A stretch of 64,000 nt of DNA from Minisyncoccota bacterium (GCA_035438745.1 DAORIX010000001.1:3075-67074); one strand, 5' to 3'. Shown: positions 38,669 through 49,121, counted from the stretch's first letter. Notes: generated by a model from the letters alone, not told the origin. Made by a program: numbers and translations.

Positions 38669-39538
38669 ATGGCCAAAGTTTTTATCGGTATGCCTGTATA
38701 TAATGGTGAGCACTTCCTAAAAGAAGCCCTCGACTCTCTGTGTTCGCAGACATATTCTAATTGGAATATGCATATCTCTGATGATGGTTCCACCGACTCT
38801 ACCGAAGCGATTTGTCGCCTCTATGTAGAAAAAGACAAACGTATAACCTACTACCGCCAGCCAAAAAATATCGGTATGTTTGAGAATTTTAAATACACCC
38901 TAGAGAAATCAAACTCGGAATATTTTATGTGGGCAGCCCAAGATGATCTCTGGGAAAAAACATTTCTTGAAACATGCGTCTCGATTCTCGACAATGATAC
39001 TCGCGTTGGACTTGCCGGAACCACAATCGCTGAAATAGACTCTTATGGAAGAACCGCTCGTGAACTACTCTCACTGGAAAAACTTTCTGGTAAACCAAGT
39101 GTAAAAACAATTACCCACTACGTTCTCGAACCAGAAATACTTGGAAGGTGTAACATTATGTATGGCCTCTGGAGAACCGCCGCCATAAAAGAAACATGGA
39201 AAGCGTATCCCCAACGATCTGTCTGGGGACAGGACTACATGTTTGTACTGGCAGGTATTTCGCGTTTTGGCGTAAAGATTGATAACAAGACACTATTCAA
39301 AAAAAGACTTGGTGGATACTCGAGTCCCGATGCGACAAAAAATGACGCGCCCGGAGAGACACAAAAACGTACCATTACCAACCCCAAAGACTATATTTTC
39401 CCCCTTGGAAGGTTTAATGTTTACTTTAAGGGCCACATGGAAGCGTTACGAGGTACGCCCTATCAACCTCTCGCTGCAGTACTCTTATTAGCAAGGCTCC
39501 CTCGGGCATTATGGAATCATTTTAAACAAACACCATGA
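38669..39538 (+). CDS. Glycosyltransferase family 2
   Basis: IGMPVYNG, ISDDGSTD, WAAQDD. Confidence 0.92.
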   Translation: MAKVFIGMPVYNGEHFLKEALDSLCSQTYSNWNMHISDDGSTDSTEAICRLYVEKDKRITYYRQPKNIGMFENFKYTLEKSNSEYFMWAAQDDLWEKTFLETCVSILDNDTRVGLAGTTIAEIDSYGRTARELLSLEKLSGKPSVKTITHYVLEPEILGRCNIMYGLWRTAAIKETWKAYPQRSVWGQDYMFVLAGISRFGVKIDNKTLFKKRLGGYSSPDATKNDAPGETQKRTITNPKDYIFPLGRFNVYFKGHMEALRGTPYQPLAAVLLLARLPRALWNHFKQTP

Positions 39539-40419
39539 TCATCGTAAAACTTTCAGGCGGTTTAGGAAATCAACTCTTTCAATATGCCTTCGCACGTGCT
39601 GTATCAAAAAAACTCAATACAGATTTTAAGCTTGATGCGACACCTTTTGAGACGTACTACAAACTCCACAAATATGCACTCAATCACTTTAATCTTACTG
39701 AAAAATTAGCGAAAAGAAGCGATATGTTTGGTTTTGTTTGGATACGAGAACGTCACAAATTTTTTGACACTTTTTATAGATACCTCCGACTCAAAAGCAA
39801 ACTTATGCCTTTTTACTATCCTGAGCAACGATTTGATTTTGATCCCAATGTGTTTAAAAAAGACAACATGTACTTTGACGGCTTTTGGCAAACAGAAAAA
39901 TATTTCAAAAATATCGAGAACGAACTCAAAGAAGAAATGACTCTCAAAAAGCCACTTTCTCCGTATAGTCAGTCTGTACTCGATCAAATACAAAAAACCA
40001 ATGCTGTTTGCCTCCACATACGACGTGGCGACTATGTCACCAATGCAAGCACGAACGCAGTTCACGGTACCTGTTCACTTGAATACTACGAACGCGCCAT
40101 CAAATACATATCCGAGAAAGTAGACTCTCCTCATTTTTTTATATTCTCAGATGATTATCCTTGGGCGGTAGAGAATTTTAAAAATCGACCCTACCCTGTT
40201 ACGTGTATTTCAAATGGTGCTGACAAAAACTACGAAGACCTGACTTTAATGTCTCACTGTAAACACTTCATCATCGCCAATTCAAGCTTTAGTTGGTGGG
40301 GTGCATGGCTTTCAAGAAACACAGACAAAATTGTAATTGGTCCAAAAGAGTGGTTTAAAAGCAAAAAAACAACGGTCAGCACTGATGACGTGATTCCTTC
40401 CTCGTGGATAAAAATGTAA
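39535..40419 (+). CDS. Glycosyltransferase family 11 (alpha-1,2-fucosyl/colitosyltransferase)
   Basis: GGLGNQLFQY, GFWQTEKYF, HIRRGDY, FSDD, NSSFSWWGA. Confidence 0.93.
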   Translation: MIIVKLSGGLGNQLFQYAFARAVSKKLNTDFKLDATPFETYYKLHKYALNHFNLTEKLAKRSDMFGFVWIRERHKFFDTFYRYLRLKSKLMPFYYPEQRFDFDPNVFKKDNMYFDGFWQTEKYFKNIENELKEEMTLKKPLSPYSQSVLDQIQKTNAVCLHIRRGDYVTNASTNAVHGTCSLEYYERAIKYISEKVDSPHFFIFSDDYPWAVENFKNRPYPVTCISNGADKNYEDLTLMSHCKHFIIANSSFSWWGAWLSRNTDKIVIGPKEWFKSKKTTVSTDDVIPSSWIKM

Positions 40420-40423
40420 ACAT

Positions 40424-42175
40424 ATGTGTGGAATACTCGCTATAACAGGGAAAAATACAAAAAAAATCGAGGATACAACTATCTCGAGCATGCTTTCTAC
40501 TCTCTCAAAACGAGGTCCTGATGAAAGTAGTTTCGAAAGAATAGGTCCTACGGTTCTTGGCCAAACAAGACTTGCTATCGTTGATCTCTCCGGTGGGCAC
40601 CAACCCATGCGTGACAACAAAGACAATCTTACACTCGTATTTAACGGTGAAATATATGGATATAAAGAAACTCGTGAAATCCTAGAGAAACGAGGTCATG
40701 TATTCTCAACTCACTCTGACACCGAAGTTATTCTCAAGGCATATTCAGAGTATGGAAAAGACTGTGTACTTCATCTCGATGGTATGTTTGCTTTTGCATT
40801 ATGGGACGAAACAAAACAAGAGCTTTTCGTGGCACGCGATCGTTTTGGCAAAAAACCCCTGTACTACACCTCTGTCGACCAGACCTTTTTTGCCGCTTCT
40901 GAAATAAAAACACTCTTTGCGACAGGGATTATTAAAGGAGAAATCGATCCTTCTGCACTCGATGACTATTTGCGTCTTATGTACATCCCTTCATACAAAA
41001 GTATCTATAAAAACATCGGGGTACTTCCCCCTGCACATGCGGGTATTGTTAAAAACGGCGCACTTGAAACATGGCAATACTGGAAATTAGAAAAAGCACC
41101 GTGTGAGGACTCCTACGAAGAAGCTAAAACAAAAATAAAAAAACTATTCAGTGATGCAGTAAAAAAAAGAATGGTCGCCGATGTTGAAGTTGGCTCACTC
41201 CTCTCAGGTGGAGTTGATTCGACAATCGTAACCCACGAGGCGCAAAAATACATGAATCGACCTATAAAAACTTTTGCGGTCGGGTACGGCACACACAAAA
41301 ACGAGCTCCCTTTTGCGAAAATTGCATCAGAAAAAATAGGCAGTGACCACTACACCCTCACTACTGAAGATTTTAATATGGAAGGTTTCCTTGAGGTTGT
41401 TGCGTACTTTGACGAACCCCATGCTGACTCATCGAACTACCCGCAGTCCTTTGTTTCAAAACTCGCTTCTTCAAAAGTGAAAGTCGCGCTTTCCGGTGAT
41501 GGCGCGGATGAATTTTTTATGGGTTATGGTTGGTACCAAAAGTACTGGCACACCCCTCTCCTTAAAAAAATATTCACCACTCCTTGGAGATCCTATACAG
41601 ACGTGATCGAAGTCTTCAAAACAAAAGACAGAAAAGGGCTTCTTGGTGCACAGAAAAACAACAAGGCTTTTGAAAAAAACGCTCTCAAAAACGCAAAAAA
41701 CAACACCGAAAAAATAAATGATTTTGACATACACATATACCTTCCTGGACAGCTACTATCAAAAGTAGACCGAACAAGCATGATGCACTCCTTGGAAATC
41801 AGATCCCCTTTTCTAGATACAAAACTTGCAGAATATGTCTACAATCTCCCTACTGCTTTTAAAATATCTAAAAATGCAAATAAAATAATACTCAAAGACA
41901 TCCTGTCTGAAACCTTTCCGAAAGATTTTGTTTACAGAAGGAAACAAGGCTTTGGTGCACCGATAGGAGCATGGCTCTCAAAAGAAGATCTACAAAAAAA
42001 ACTTGCCGAGATATTTAGTAACCAAAAACACCCGATGTTTAGTTATATAAAGTACGACAAAGCCTTACAAATCAAAGAAAAGGCTTTTCAGAATATGAAA
42101 ACATATGCCCCTCGATTGTGGTCATTGTTTTGTCTCGCTCTGTGGTTCGAACAACATCACAAACACCATGAATAA
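40424..42175 (+). CDS. asnB: Asparagine synthase-like glutamine amidotransferase (glycan amidation)
   Basis: MCGI Ntn N-terminus, RGPD, FNGEIY, RDRFGKKPLYY, LSGGVDS, LSGDGADE, RKQGF. Confidence 0.9.
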   Translation: MCGILAITGKNTKKIEDTTISSMLSTLSKRGPDESSFERIGPTVLGQTRLAIVDLSGGHQPMRDNKDNLTLVFNGEIYGYKETREILEKRGHVFSTHSDTEVILKAYSEYGKDCVLHLDGMFAFALWDETKQELFVARDRFGKKPLYYTSVDQTFFAASEIKTLFATGIIKGEIDPSALDDYLRLMYIPSYKSIYKNIGVLPPAHAGIVKNGALETWQYWKLEKAPCEDSYEEAKTKIKKLFSDAVKKRMVADVEVGSLLSGGVDSTIVTHEAQKYMNRPIKTFAVGYGTHKNELPFAKIASEKIGSDHYTLTTEDFNMEGFLEVVAYFDEPHADSSNYPQSFVSKLASSKVKVALSGDGADEFFMGYGWYQKYWHTPLLKKIFTTPWRSYTDVIEVFKTKDRKGLLGAQKNNKAFEKNALKNAKNNTEKINDFDIHIYLPGQLLSKVDRTSMMHSLEIRSPFLDTKLAEYVYNLPTAFKISKNANKIILKDILSETFPKDFVYRRKQGFGAPIGAWLSKEDLQKKLAEIFSNQKHPMFSYIKYDKALQIKEKAFQNMKTYAPRLWSLFCLALWFEQHHKHHE

Positions 42176-43319
42176 ACTCACGTCGTACTACTGGGCATAT
42201 AGGAACAAGGTATCCAACAAAGTTTTTGGAAGAGCTTTTTTGCCAGCACAAGGTCAAAAAAAAGGAAGTGTCCTCCTGTCTTACCTAACGGAACCTTTCA
42301 CACATACACCCAAAGAAGGTTTTTCCAATCTACACACATCAGATTTTGAATGCTTTGAGATCGCAAGATTGTTCACGGCGCGAGGATATGATGTTGACAT
42401 CATACACTTTAGCGACACCTCTTTTGTCCCACAAAAACCATATAACGTATGTGTTGATATACACCAAAACCTCGCGAGAATTTCAAATCTGCTTCCAAAA
42501 GACTGTAAAAAAGTTCTCCATATTGTTGGGTCGTTTTGGAAATTTCAAAACAATGCCGAACTCCAAAGATTAGAAAATCTTGAAAAAAGAAAAGGGGTTA
42601 GACTACAGCCCAAAAGAACATCCCCTCCATCAAACAACCTAGAGTACGCGGACTTCATAGAAGGTTTTGGTAATAAACAGGTTCGTGATACATACAAACA
42701 CTCGAACAAGCCCATATTCCACATACCCATATCTGCAGTACAGACTTTTGATTTTCCTGAAAACAAAAATTGGGAAAATGCAAAGAAACACTTCCTTTGG
42801 TTTGGAGGCGGAGGTGCAGTACACAAAGGTCTCGATATGGTTCTGGAAGCTTTCGCAAGTACGCCAGAATTACATCTCCACATATGCGGACCACTGTTGG
42901 CAGAAAAAGACTTTATCGAGGTGTACAAAAAAGAACTTTTTGAAACTCCAAATATAAAAATATACGGGAGAATTGACCCTACAACTGCGGAATTTAAAAA
43001 CATTGCAGACATGTGCGCATCGACCATTCACCTATCGTCATCAGAAGGAACATCGGGTGCAGTAATCCAAGCAATGCACGCGGGACTCGTACCCATCATC
43101 ACTCCCGAAACAGGAATCGATCCTGACGCGGGAGGTATTATACTTGAAAACCCCACGCCCGAACTCATCAAAAAAACAATTACAGAATTTTCTCTGTCCC
43201 CTACTCAAGAGATAGAATCCCTGGCTCGTAAAGCCTGGAACTTTGTAGCGCAAAACCACACCCGAGAGAATTTTAGCAAAAAATATAGTGAGTTTATCGA
43301 TACAATCCTAAAACTATAA
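42168..43319 (+). CDS. Glycosyltransferase family 4 (GT-B)
   Basis: HKGLD and SSSEG...QAMHAGLVPI; start reassigned to ATG 42168. Confidence 0.85.
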   Translation: MNKLTSYYWAYRNKVSNKVFGRAFLPAQGQKKGSVLLSYLTEPFTHTPKEGFSNLHTSDFECFEIARLFTARGYDVDIIHFSDTSFVPQKPYNVCVDIHQNLARISNLLPKDCKKVLHIVGSFWKFQNNAELQRLENLEKRKGVRLQPKRTSPPSNNLEYADFIEGFGNKQVRDTYKHSNKPIFHIPISAVQTFDFPENKNWENAKKHFLWFGGGGAVHKGLDMVLEAFASTPELHLHICGPLLAEKDFIEVYKKELFETPNIKIYGRIDPTTAEFKNIADMCASTIHLSSSEGTSGAVIQAMHAGLVPIITPETGIDPDAGGIILENPTPELIKKTITEFSLSPTQEIESLARKAWNFVAQNHTRENFSKKYSEFIDTILKL

Positions 43320-43324
43320 TACCC

Positions 43325-44173
43325 ATGGAAAAGCCTCTCATCTCAGTCATTATTCCGGCTCATAATTCCGCGTCAACAATACAGGACGCTCTTTTCTCAA
43401 TGACGCATCAAACGTACAAAAATATTGAGATTTTGGTTATTGATGACATGAGTACCGACAATACACAGAGTATTGTCCAGAAACTTTCAGAATCTGACCC
43501 GAGAATACACTACTACAAACTTCCACACGATGACCCGGAGAGAATTAACAAGAGAGGCAGAAATATCAATGCTGGGTACATGGCTCGTAACTATGGTTTT
43601 GAAAAAGCACAAGGCGACTATATAACTTTTCAAGATGCAGACGACGCCTCCTTTAATAATCGTATAGAAGTACAATATGACCTACTCACAAAACACAACG
43701 CCACCCACGTTGTTCTCGATTGGCAAAAATTTGATGTAAGCCTTCTCAACAAAAAATTTGACGCTCGTACTTTTTTAGAAAACAACCCTCACATACTTAC
43801 ACCCCAAGAGCTCGAAAAACTTGCGAAGAAAACACGAGGTCTCATCCACTTGTTTCCAAAGATATCCAAAAAAATTGATTTTGAAAAAAAACGTATAAAA
43901 ATTATTAATAAACTATTCTTTCGCTCACTACAACCCTACCCAGGAACAGGAAACTCTCCCCTGTTTAAACGTGAGGTGATGGGAACCGTTCAATTCCGAA
44001 AGCTTGCTGAAAGGATATGGCCATCATTTACAGGACGAGGTGCTGACCGGGATTTCAATTTTCAAGTAGCACTTACTTTTAAAAATAGCTACGTATTTAA
44101 ATTACCTTTATACTTATGGAGATCAGAGCAACAAAACCCTGACTACAAAAACGTAAGCACCTACATACTCTAA
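43325..44173 (+). CDS. Glycosyltransferase family 2
   Basis: ISVIIPAHN, IDDMSTD, ARNYG, FQDADD. Confidence 0.9.
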   Translation: MEKPLISVIIPAHNSASTIQDALFSMTHQTYKNIEILVIDDMSTDNTQSIVQKLSESDPRIHYYKLPHDDPERINKRGRNINAGYMARNYGFEKAQGDYITFQDADDASFNNRIEVQYDLLTKHNATHVVLDWQKFDVSLLNKKFDARTFLENNPHILTPQELEKLAKKTRGLIHLFPKISKKIDFEKKRIKIINKLFFRSLQPYPGTGNSPLFKREVMGTVQFRKLAERIWPSFTGRGADRDFNFQVALTFKNSYVFKLPLYLWRSEQQNPDYKNVSTYIL

Positions 44174-44183
44174 ATCAAAAAAC

Positions 44184-45395
44184 ATGAAAATAGCACTTGT
44201 TATCTGGGAATTAAACCTCAAAGGCGGAACTCAAAGACTTGCACTTGAACTCGCAAACGAGTTACAGAACCTTGGAAATACAGTTGACGTATATTGCTAC
44301 TATTACGACAACAAACAAGGATATGCTGATCTGTGTAAAAAAGTTCCTATATACTCCGTACAACCTTTGGAAATAAAAAAAGATACGAACAAAAAAAAGA
44401 CGCTCTTTTCAAAGCTTTGGTATTTTCCTGGTATCTACTTAAAGCTCATCAAGAATCTCTTTGTTGCAGAAAAAAACATACAAGAACTGGCACACCTTAT
44501 AAAAAAAACAAAAGGTATCTCATATTACGACGCCATAAATGTTCACGACTACACCGCTTACCGAATAGCACGACTCATAAAACATAAAAATATTGTATGG
44601 ACAATGAATGACGTACAACGCCCTCCTCTCACCGGAAAGAGCCGGCTTCACAACACTCTCTTTAACTTTCTTCAAAAAATCGTTGCTACGTACGAGATAA
44701 AAAACATAAAAAAAATTGTTGTTTTAGACAAAAGGAATGTTGCGCTGGCAAAATCATATTACAATCGAGACTCGATAATTGTACGAGGTGGTATGGATCT
44801 TGATATGTTCAAAAACATCACAATAGAAAAGGTTTTTAAAAAAGACCGCTATCAACTCTTTCTCTCAAGTATCTTTTTCCCCTGGAGAAGATTCGAAGAC
44901 GTTGTTGATGCGGTCGAGATACTCAAACACAAAGGCTATACAAACTTTAACGTACATATAAACGGCATTACGGACAGGGCTCCCTCTTATTACCTTTCAA
45001 TAGTTGATCGAATAGCGAAAAAGAATGTAGGAGATTATATACATATAACAACGGGACTAAGCGAGCCTGAGCTCATACAAGCATATGCAAAAACAGATAT
45101 TTTTATATTCCCAAACCACAATCAAACGTGGGGTCTTGCAGTGTTTGAAGCTATGCTTGCTGGGTGCGCAACCATTGTAAGTAAAACGAGTGGCGCCTCA
45201 GAAATACTTACTGATAATGAAAATGCACTCCTCGTAAACCCAAAAAGCCCCGAGGAAATAGCGGAAAAAATAGCCCTACTTCTAGATGATCCGAAAAAAT
45301 TAGAATCGATTTCAAAAAATGGAATTGAATTCGTCAGAAAAAACCTCTCATGGAAAAGATATGCACAGGAAATGGCTCAGGTACTTAAACCATAA
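44184..45395 (+). CDS. Glycosyltransferase family 4
   Basis: GGTQR, FIFP, TWGLAVFEAMLAG. Confidence 0.9.
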   Translation: MKIALVIWELNLKGGTQRLALELANELQNLGNTVDVYCYYYDNKQGYADLCKKVPIYSVQPLEIKKDTNKKKTLFSKLWYFPGIYLKLIKNLFVAEKNIQELAHLIKKTKGISYYDAINVHDYTAYRIARLIKHKNIVWTMNDVQRPPLTGKSRLHNTLFNFLQKIVATYEIKNIKKIVVLDKRNVALAKSYYNRDSIIVRGGMDLDMFKNITIEKVFKKDRYQLFLSSIFFPWRRFEDVVDAVEILKHKGYTNFNVHINGITDRAPSYYLSIVDRIAKKNVGDYIHITTGLSEPELIQAYAKTDIFIFPNHNQTWGLAVFEAMLAGCATIVSKTSGASEILTDNENALLVNPKSPEEIAEKIALLLDDPKKLESISKNGIEFVRKNLSWKRYAQEMAQVLKP

Positions 45396-45397
45396 AA

Positions 45398-46237
45398 ATG
45401 AAAATCTCCATTGTCACCCCGGCATATAATATGGAAAAGTTTATCTCTCACACCATAGAGAGCGTACTACGCCAGCGTGGTGATTTTGATCTAGAGTATA
45501 TTGTTGTAAACGATGGTTCAACCGACAAAACTGAAGAGATTATCAAAGGGTATCAAAACAAGCTCGACTCAAAAGAACTTAAACCGCTCTGCTCTTCACT
45601 ATCTCTTAAATATCACTACCAGACAAACAAAGGTATGTACGCTGCCATTAACAAAGGATTCTCGCTGGCAACAGGAGAAATCTTCGCGTGGCTAGGTGGA
45701 GACGACCTTTATTCTCCCGACACATCACTTGATACTGTCGCTACGTGGTTTACAAAAAACCCCACCGGTCTCTGGTTAAAAGGCATTTGCAGTTTTATAG
45801 ACGAACAAGGAAAAGAAATAAAAAAAGGAGTCCTAAAAACATACAACAGGGACTGGCTACAAAAAGGCATCTACGGAAGAGAAACATACTTTGTTGAACA
45901 AGAGAGTACCTTTTGGAGAAAAGAACTATGGGACAAGGTCTCACCGATCCCAGAAAACCTCAGATCAGCTGGAGACTACTGGCTCGGTATACAATTCGCT
46001 AAGCATGCACAACTTCATTCTATTCCAGCACATGTAACCTATTTCAGAATTCGCCCTGGACAAATAAGCTCACAAAATACAAAGTATAGAGATGAACAAA
46101 AAATAATTATGCCGAAAAGGAGCATGACGGCCTACAAAATGAGAGTCTTGTCTATACTCTACAATAAACTTCGCATAACCAACCCTCTTAAATACATACT
46201 TTTTAAATGTATGTTTCCTACCAAAAAACCTTTCTAA
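45398..46237 (+). CDS. Glycosyltransferase family 2
   Basis: ISIVTPAYN, VNDGSTD, AINKG, WLGGDD. Confidence 0.9.
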   Translation: MKISIVTPAYNMEKFISHTIESVLRQRGDFDLEYIVVNDGSTDKTEEIIKGYQNKLDSKELKPLCSSLSLKYHYQTNKGMYAAINKGFSLATGEIFAWLGGDDLYSPDTSLDTVATWFTKNPTGLWLKGICSFIDEQGKEIKKGVLKTYNRDWLQKGIYGRETYFVEQESTFWRKELWDKVSPIPENLRSAGDYWLGIQFAKHAQLHSIPAHVTYFRIRPGQISSQNTKYRDEQKIIMPKRSMTAYKMRVLSILYNKLRITNPLKYILFKCMFPTKKPF

Positions 46238-46242
46238 CCAAA

Positions 46243-47007
46243 ATGAAACAGAAACTTAAAACAATTCCCCTCTTGAAATATCTTGTGGTTGTCGCAAGGG
46301 TTTTCATAATTAAACCTAATTTTCTAAAACGAACATATGCACTTGCTGTATTTCTCAGTGATTACAGAAAGTACAAAAAACTTGAAAAAAATAATACGTA
46401 CCTCTTACAAACAACAGACCTTTTTCCCCGAATATACGACAAGACGGCGAACACTGATGTAGATCCTGTGTACTACCTCCAAGGATGTTGGTGTGCAAAG
46501 AAAATATTTGAAAACAAGCCCACTCGGCACTACGATATAGCCTCTCAAGCTCTTATGGTGGGTATTATCTCTCAATACGTACCAACAACAATGATTGATA
46601 TACGCCCTCTCTCAGTAACCCTACCTGAGCTCTCATTTATAAAGGGAGACATAACACATCTCCCTTTTAAGGACGGAGAAATATCGTCTGTCTCATCGAT
46701 ATGCGTTATTGAACACATAGGACTTGGACGCTATGGTGACCCTCTTGATCAGTTTGGTACCGAAAAAGCGGCACATGAACTTACTCGGATTTTAGCTAAA
46801 AACGGAAACCTCTATATTTCTGTACCCGTAGATAGTATTAATAAAACATACTTCAATGCACACCGGGCATTCACCAGAGAGTATGTGCTTTCCTTGTTTA
46901 AAAACCTACATCTCAAGGAAGAAAAGTACATCTATGGAAAAGAAATACATACATCGTATGATCCACGCAAAGGGTTCGGAACAGGCCTCTATCACTTCAG
47001 CAAATAA
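46243..47007 (+). CDS. DUF268-like SAM-methyltransferase-fold protein
   Basis: IDIRP, GDITHLPF, VIEHIGLGRYGDPLD, FNAHR. Confidence 0.8.
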   Translation: MKQKLKTIPLLKYLVVVARVFIIKPNFLKRTYALAVFLSDYRKYKKLEKNNTYLLQTTDLFPRIYDKTANTDVDPVYYLQGCWCAKKIFENKPTRHYDIASQALMVGIISQYVPTTMIDIRPLSVTLPELSFIKGDITHLPFKDGEISSVSSICVIEHIGLGRYGDPLDQFGTEKAAHELTRILAKNGNLYISVPVDSINKTYFNAHRAFTREYVLSLFKNLHLKEEKYIYGKEIHTSYDPRKGFGTGLYHFSK

Positions 47008-47011
47008 TCAC

Positions 47012-47932
47012 ATGAAAAAAGTCATCATACTTAAAAACGGAGGTGGTGAACTTGCAAATCAATTATGGAACTACATAAGCATCTATGCGTATGGCATCGA
47101 AAAAAATAGATCCATAAAAAATCCTTCTTTTTTTGAATACCACTCGTATTTCAACTTCATAAAAGACGAGAGTGTTCTGACAAAATTCTTTTCTTTTTGG
47201 TTCAAAAATTTCTCAGGAAGACGCAGCAGCTTTCGTAGCCAACTATGGCGAAAGGTATATATTCTCTACGTATACACGCTGACTTTGTTCAACAAAAAAA
47301 ACACCATTTCTTCTGAAAACACAAAAGGAGAAAAAGTATACCTCTCGCCAACACAGGAATCTGTACCCGATGAAAACATCCAGACGCTCTACTTTACGGG
47401 GTGGCTCTTTAGAAACCCGCTCGGATTAGAAAAACATAGACAAAATATTGTGAAGGCATTTGCACCGGAAGAATCTATCACAAAAAAAGTAACTTCGATT
47501 ATACGCGACATAGACAATCGCTATGGAACAATAATCGGTGTACATATCCGCCAAGCAGATTACGCGTTCTTTAAAGATGGCAAATACTTACTGACCCAAG
47601 AAAGGGTACGAAAAGTTATTGACGAATATTGTGTGGCAAAAAATATACAAGTAGACAAAACCCTTTTTCTTATTACATCAGATGGACCCGTGCAAGAAAA
47701 TATATTTAAAGGACTCAACATTCATATCTCCAAAGAAAAAGCAGTGATTGATCTTTTCCTTCTCTCAAGTTGTGATGAAATTCTAGGTTCAGATTCGAGT
47801 TTTGGCGCCTTTGCCTCATGGTACGGCAACATACCCCACATCATCATGACAAAAGAAAACATGGACTGGGAATACTACAAAGACAAAACTACCTTCTTCC
47901 AAAATAAATACTCGACACTCGCCCATTACTAA
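47012..47932 (+). CDS. Divergent GT11-like glycosyltransferase
   Basis: GGELANQLWNY, GVHIRQADY, ITSD, DLFLLSSCD, SSFGAFASW; start reassigned to ATG 47012. Confidence 0.75.
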   Translation: MKKVIILKNGGGELANQLWNYISIYAYGIEKNRSIKNPSFFEYHSYFNFIKDESVLTKFFSFWFKNFSGRRSSFRSQLWRKVYILYVYTLTLFNKKNTISSENTKGEKVYLSPTQESVPDENIQTLYFTGWLFRNPLGLEKHRQNIVKAFAPEESITKKVTSIIRDIDNRYGTIIGVHIRQADYAFFKDGKYLLTQERVRKVIDEYCVAKNIQVDKTLFLITSDGPVQENIFKGLNIHISKEKAVIDLFLLSSCDEILGSDSSFGAFASWYGNIPHIIMTKENMDWEYYKDKTTFFQNKYSTLAHY

Positions 47933-48068
47933 AAACACACACATAGGCATTTTTAGGGCTTTTTGAAGCAAAAGGTAGAATCCCTGTGCAGCGGAGTAAC
48001 AAAAGCCCCCTAAAGGGCCATTATAAGCCTCAGAAGAGCCGTGGAAAGAGCCTAGGGGATTTACACCG

Positions 48069-48100
48069 ATAAAAACACCCGTACATACGGGTGTTTTTAT
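48069..48100. terminator. Bidirectional terminator between convergent glycan operons
   Basis: ATAAAAACACCCGTA-CA-TACGGGTGTTTTTAT. Confidence 0.85.
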
Positions 48101-48101
48101 T

Positions 48102-49121
48102 TTACTTACGAGATTTTTTCTTTTTCAAAACCTTTTTTGTTTTTTGTGGTTTTGATTTTTTCTGCTTTTGTACCTGCTCATTAATCCATTCATATGTTTT
48201 TGCCATCCCCTCTTTAAGAGGCCGACTTGGAGCCCAGTTCAACTTTTCTTTGATAAGTCGATTGTCAGAGTTACGTCCACGCACTCCGAGTGGACCAGGC
48301 ACATGATTGAGGCGAACTTTTTTTCCAGCAATAGAACTTACCATATGAACGAGATCGTTTATCGATATCATTTCATCTGAGCCAATATTTACCGGACCTG
48401 TAAAATCAGATCTCATGAGGCGCTCAACACCCTCGAGACATTCATCGATATAGAGAAAAGATCGAGTTTGTTCTCCATCACCCCACACTTCAACAACACC
48501 CCCATCTTTTGCCTCAGCAACCTTGCGACATGTCGCAGCAGGTGCTTTTTCCTTTCCACCATTCCATGTGCCCTCTGGACCAAAAACATTATGAAAACGT
48601 GCAATACGCACATTCATACAATGATTTCGAGCATATGCCATAAAAAGTCTTTCGCTAAATATTTTTTCCCAACCATATTCACTATCAGGAGCTGCGGGAT
48701 AAGCCGACTCTTCACTACAATCTGGATTGTTAGGATCAACCTGATTACGCTCAGGATAAATACACGCGGATGAGGAGTAAAAAAGAGTGCCCACACCAAC
48801 CTTTCGTGCTTGTTCAGCAATATTAAGGTTGATTGTCGCCGAATTGTGCATAATATCGGCATCGTGATTTCCTGTAAAAATATAACCCGCTCCTCCCATA
48901 TCTGCCGCAAGCTGATACACACGATCGAAAGAACGATTGAGAACCTTTGCGCACACTTTAACATCTCTCAAATCACCTACGACAAATTCATTGGCCTTTG
49001 AAACACCGTACTCGGGTTTTTTTAGATCAACACCACGCACCCAATATCCATCTTTTCTGAGTTTGGTCACAAGATGATTTCCAATAAATCCACCGGCGCC
49101 ACACACAAGAGCTCTTTTCAT
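48102..49121 (-). CDS. GDP-mannose 3,5-epimerase (GME)-like extended SDR
   Basis: GAGGFIG, LAADMGGAGYI, SSACIYPE, YGWEK, RFHNVFGPEGTW, GGKEKAPAA, GVRGRNSDN. Confidence 0.85.
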   Translation of the reverse strand: MKRALVCGAGGFIGNHLVTKLRKDGYWVRGVDLKKPEYGVSKANEFVVGDLRDVKVCAKVLNRSFDRVYQLAADMGGAGYIFTGNHDADIMHNSATINLNIAEQARKVGVGTLFYSSSACIYPERNQVDPNNPDCSEESAYPAAPDSEYGWEKIFSERLFMAYARNHCMNVRIARFHNVFGPEGTWNGGKEKAPAATCRKVAEAKDGGVVEVWGDGEQTRSFLYIDECLEGVERLMRSDFTGPVNIGSDEMISINDLVHMVSSIAGKKVRLNHVPGPLGVRGRNSDNRLIKEKLNWAPSRPLKEGMAKTYEWINEQVQKQKKSKPQKTKKVLKKKKSRK

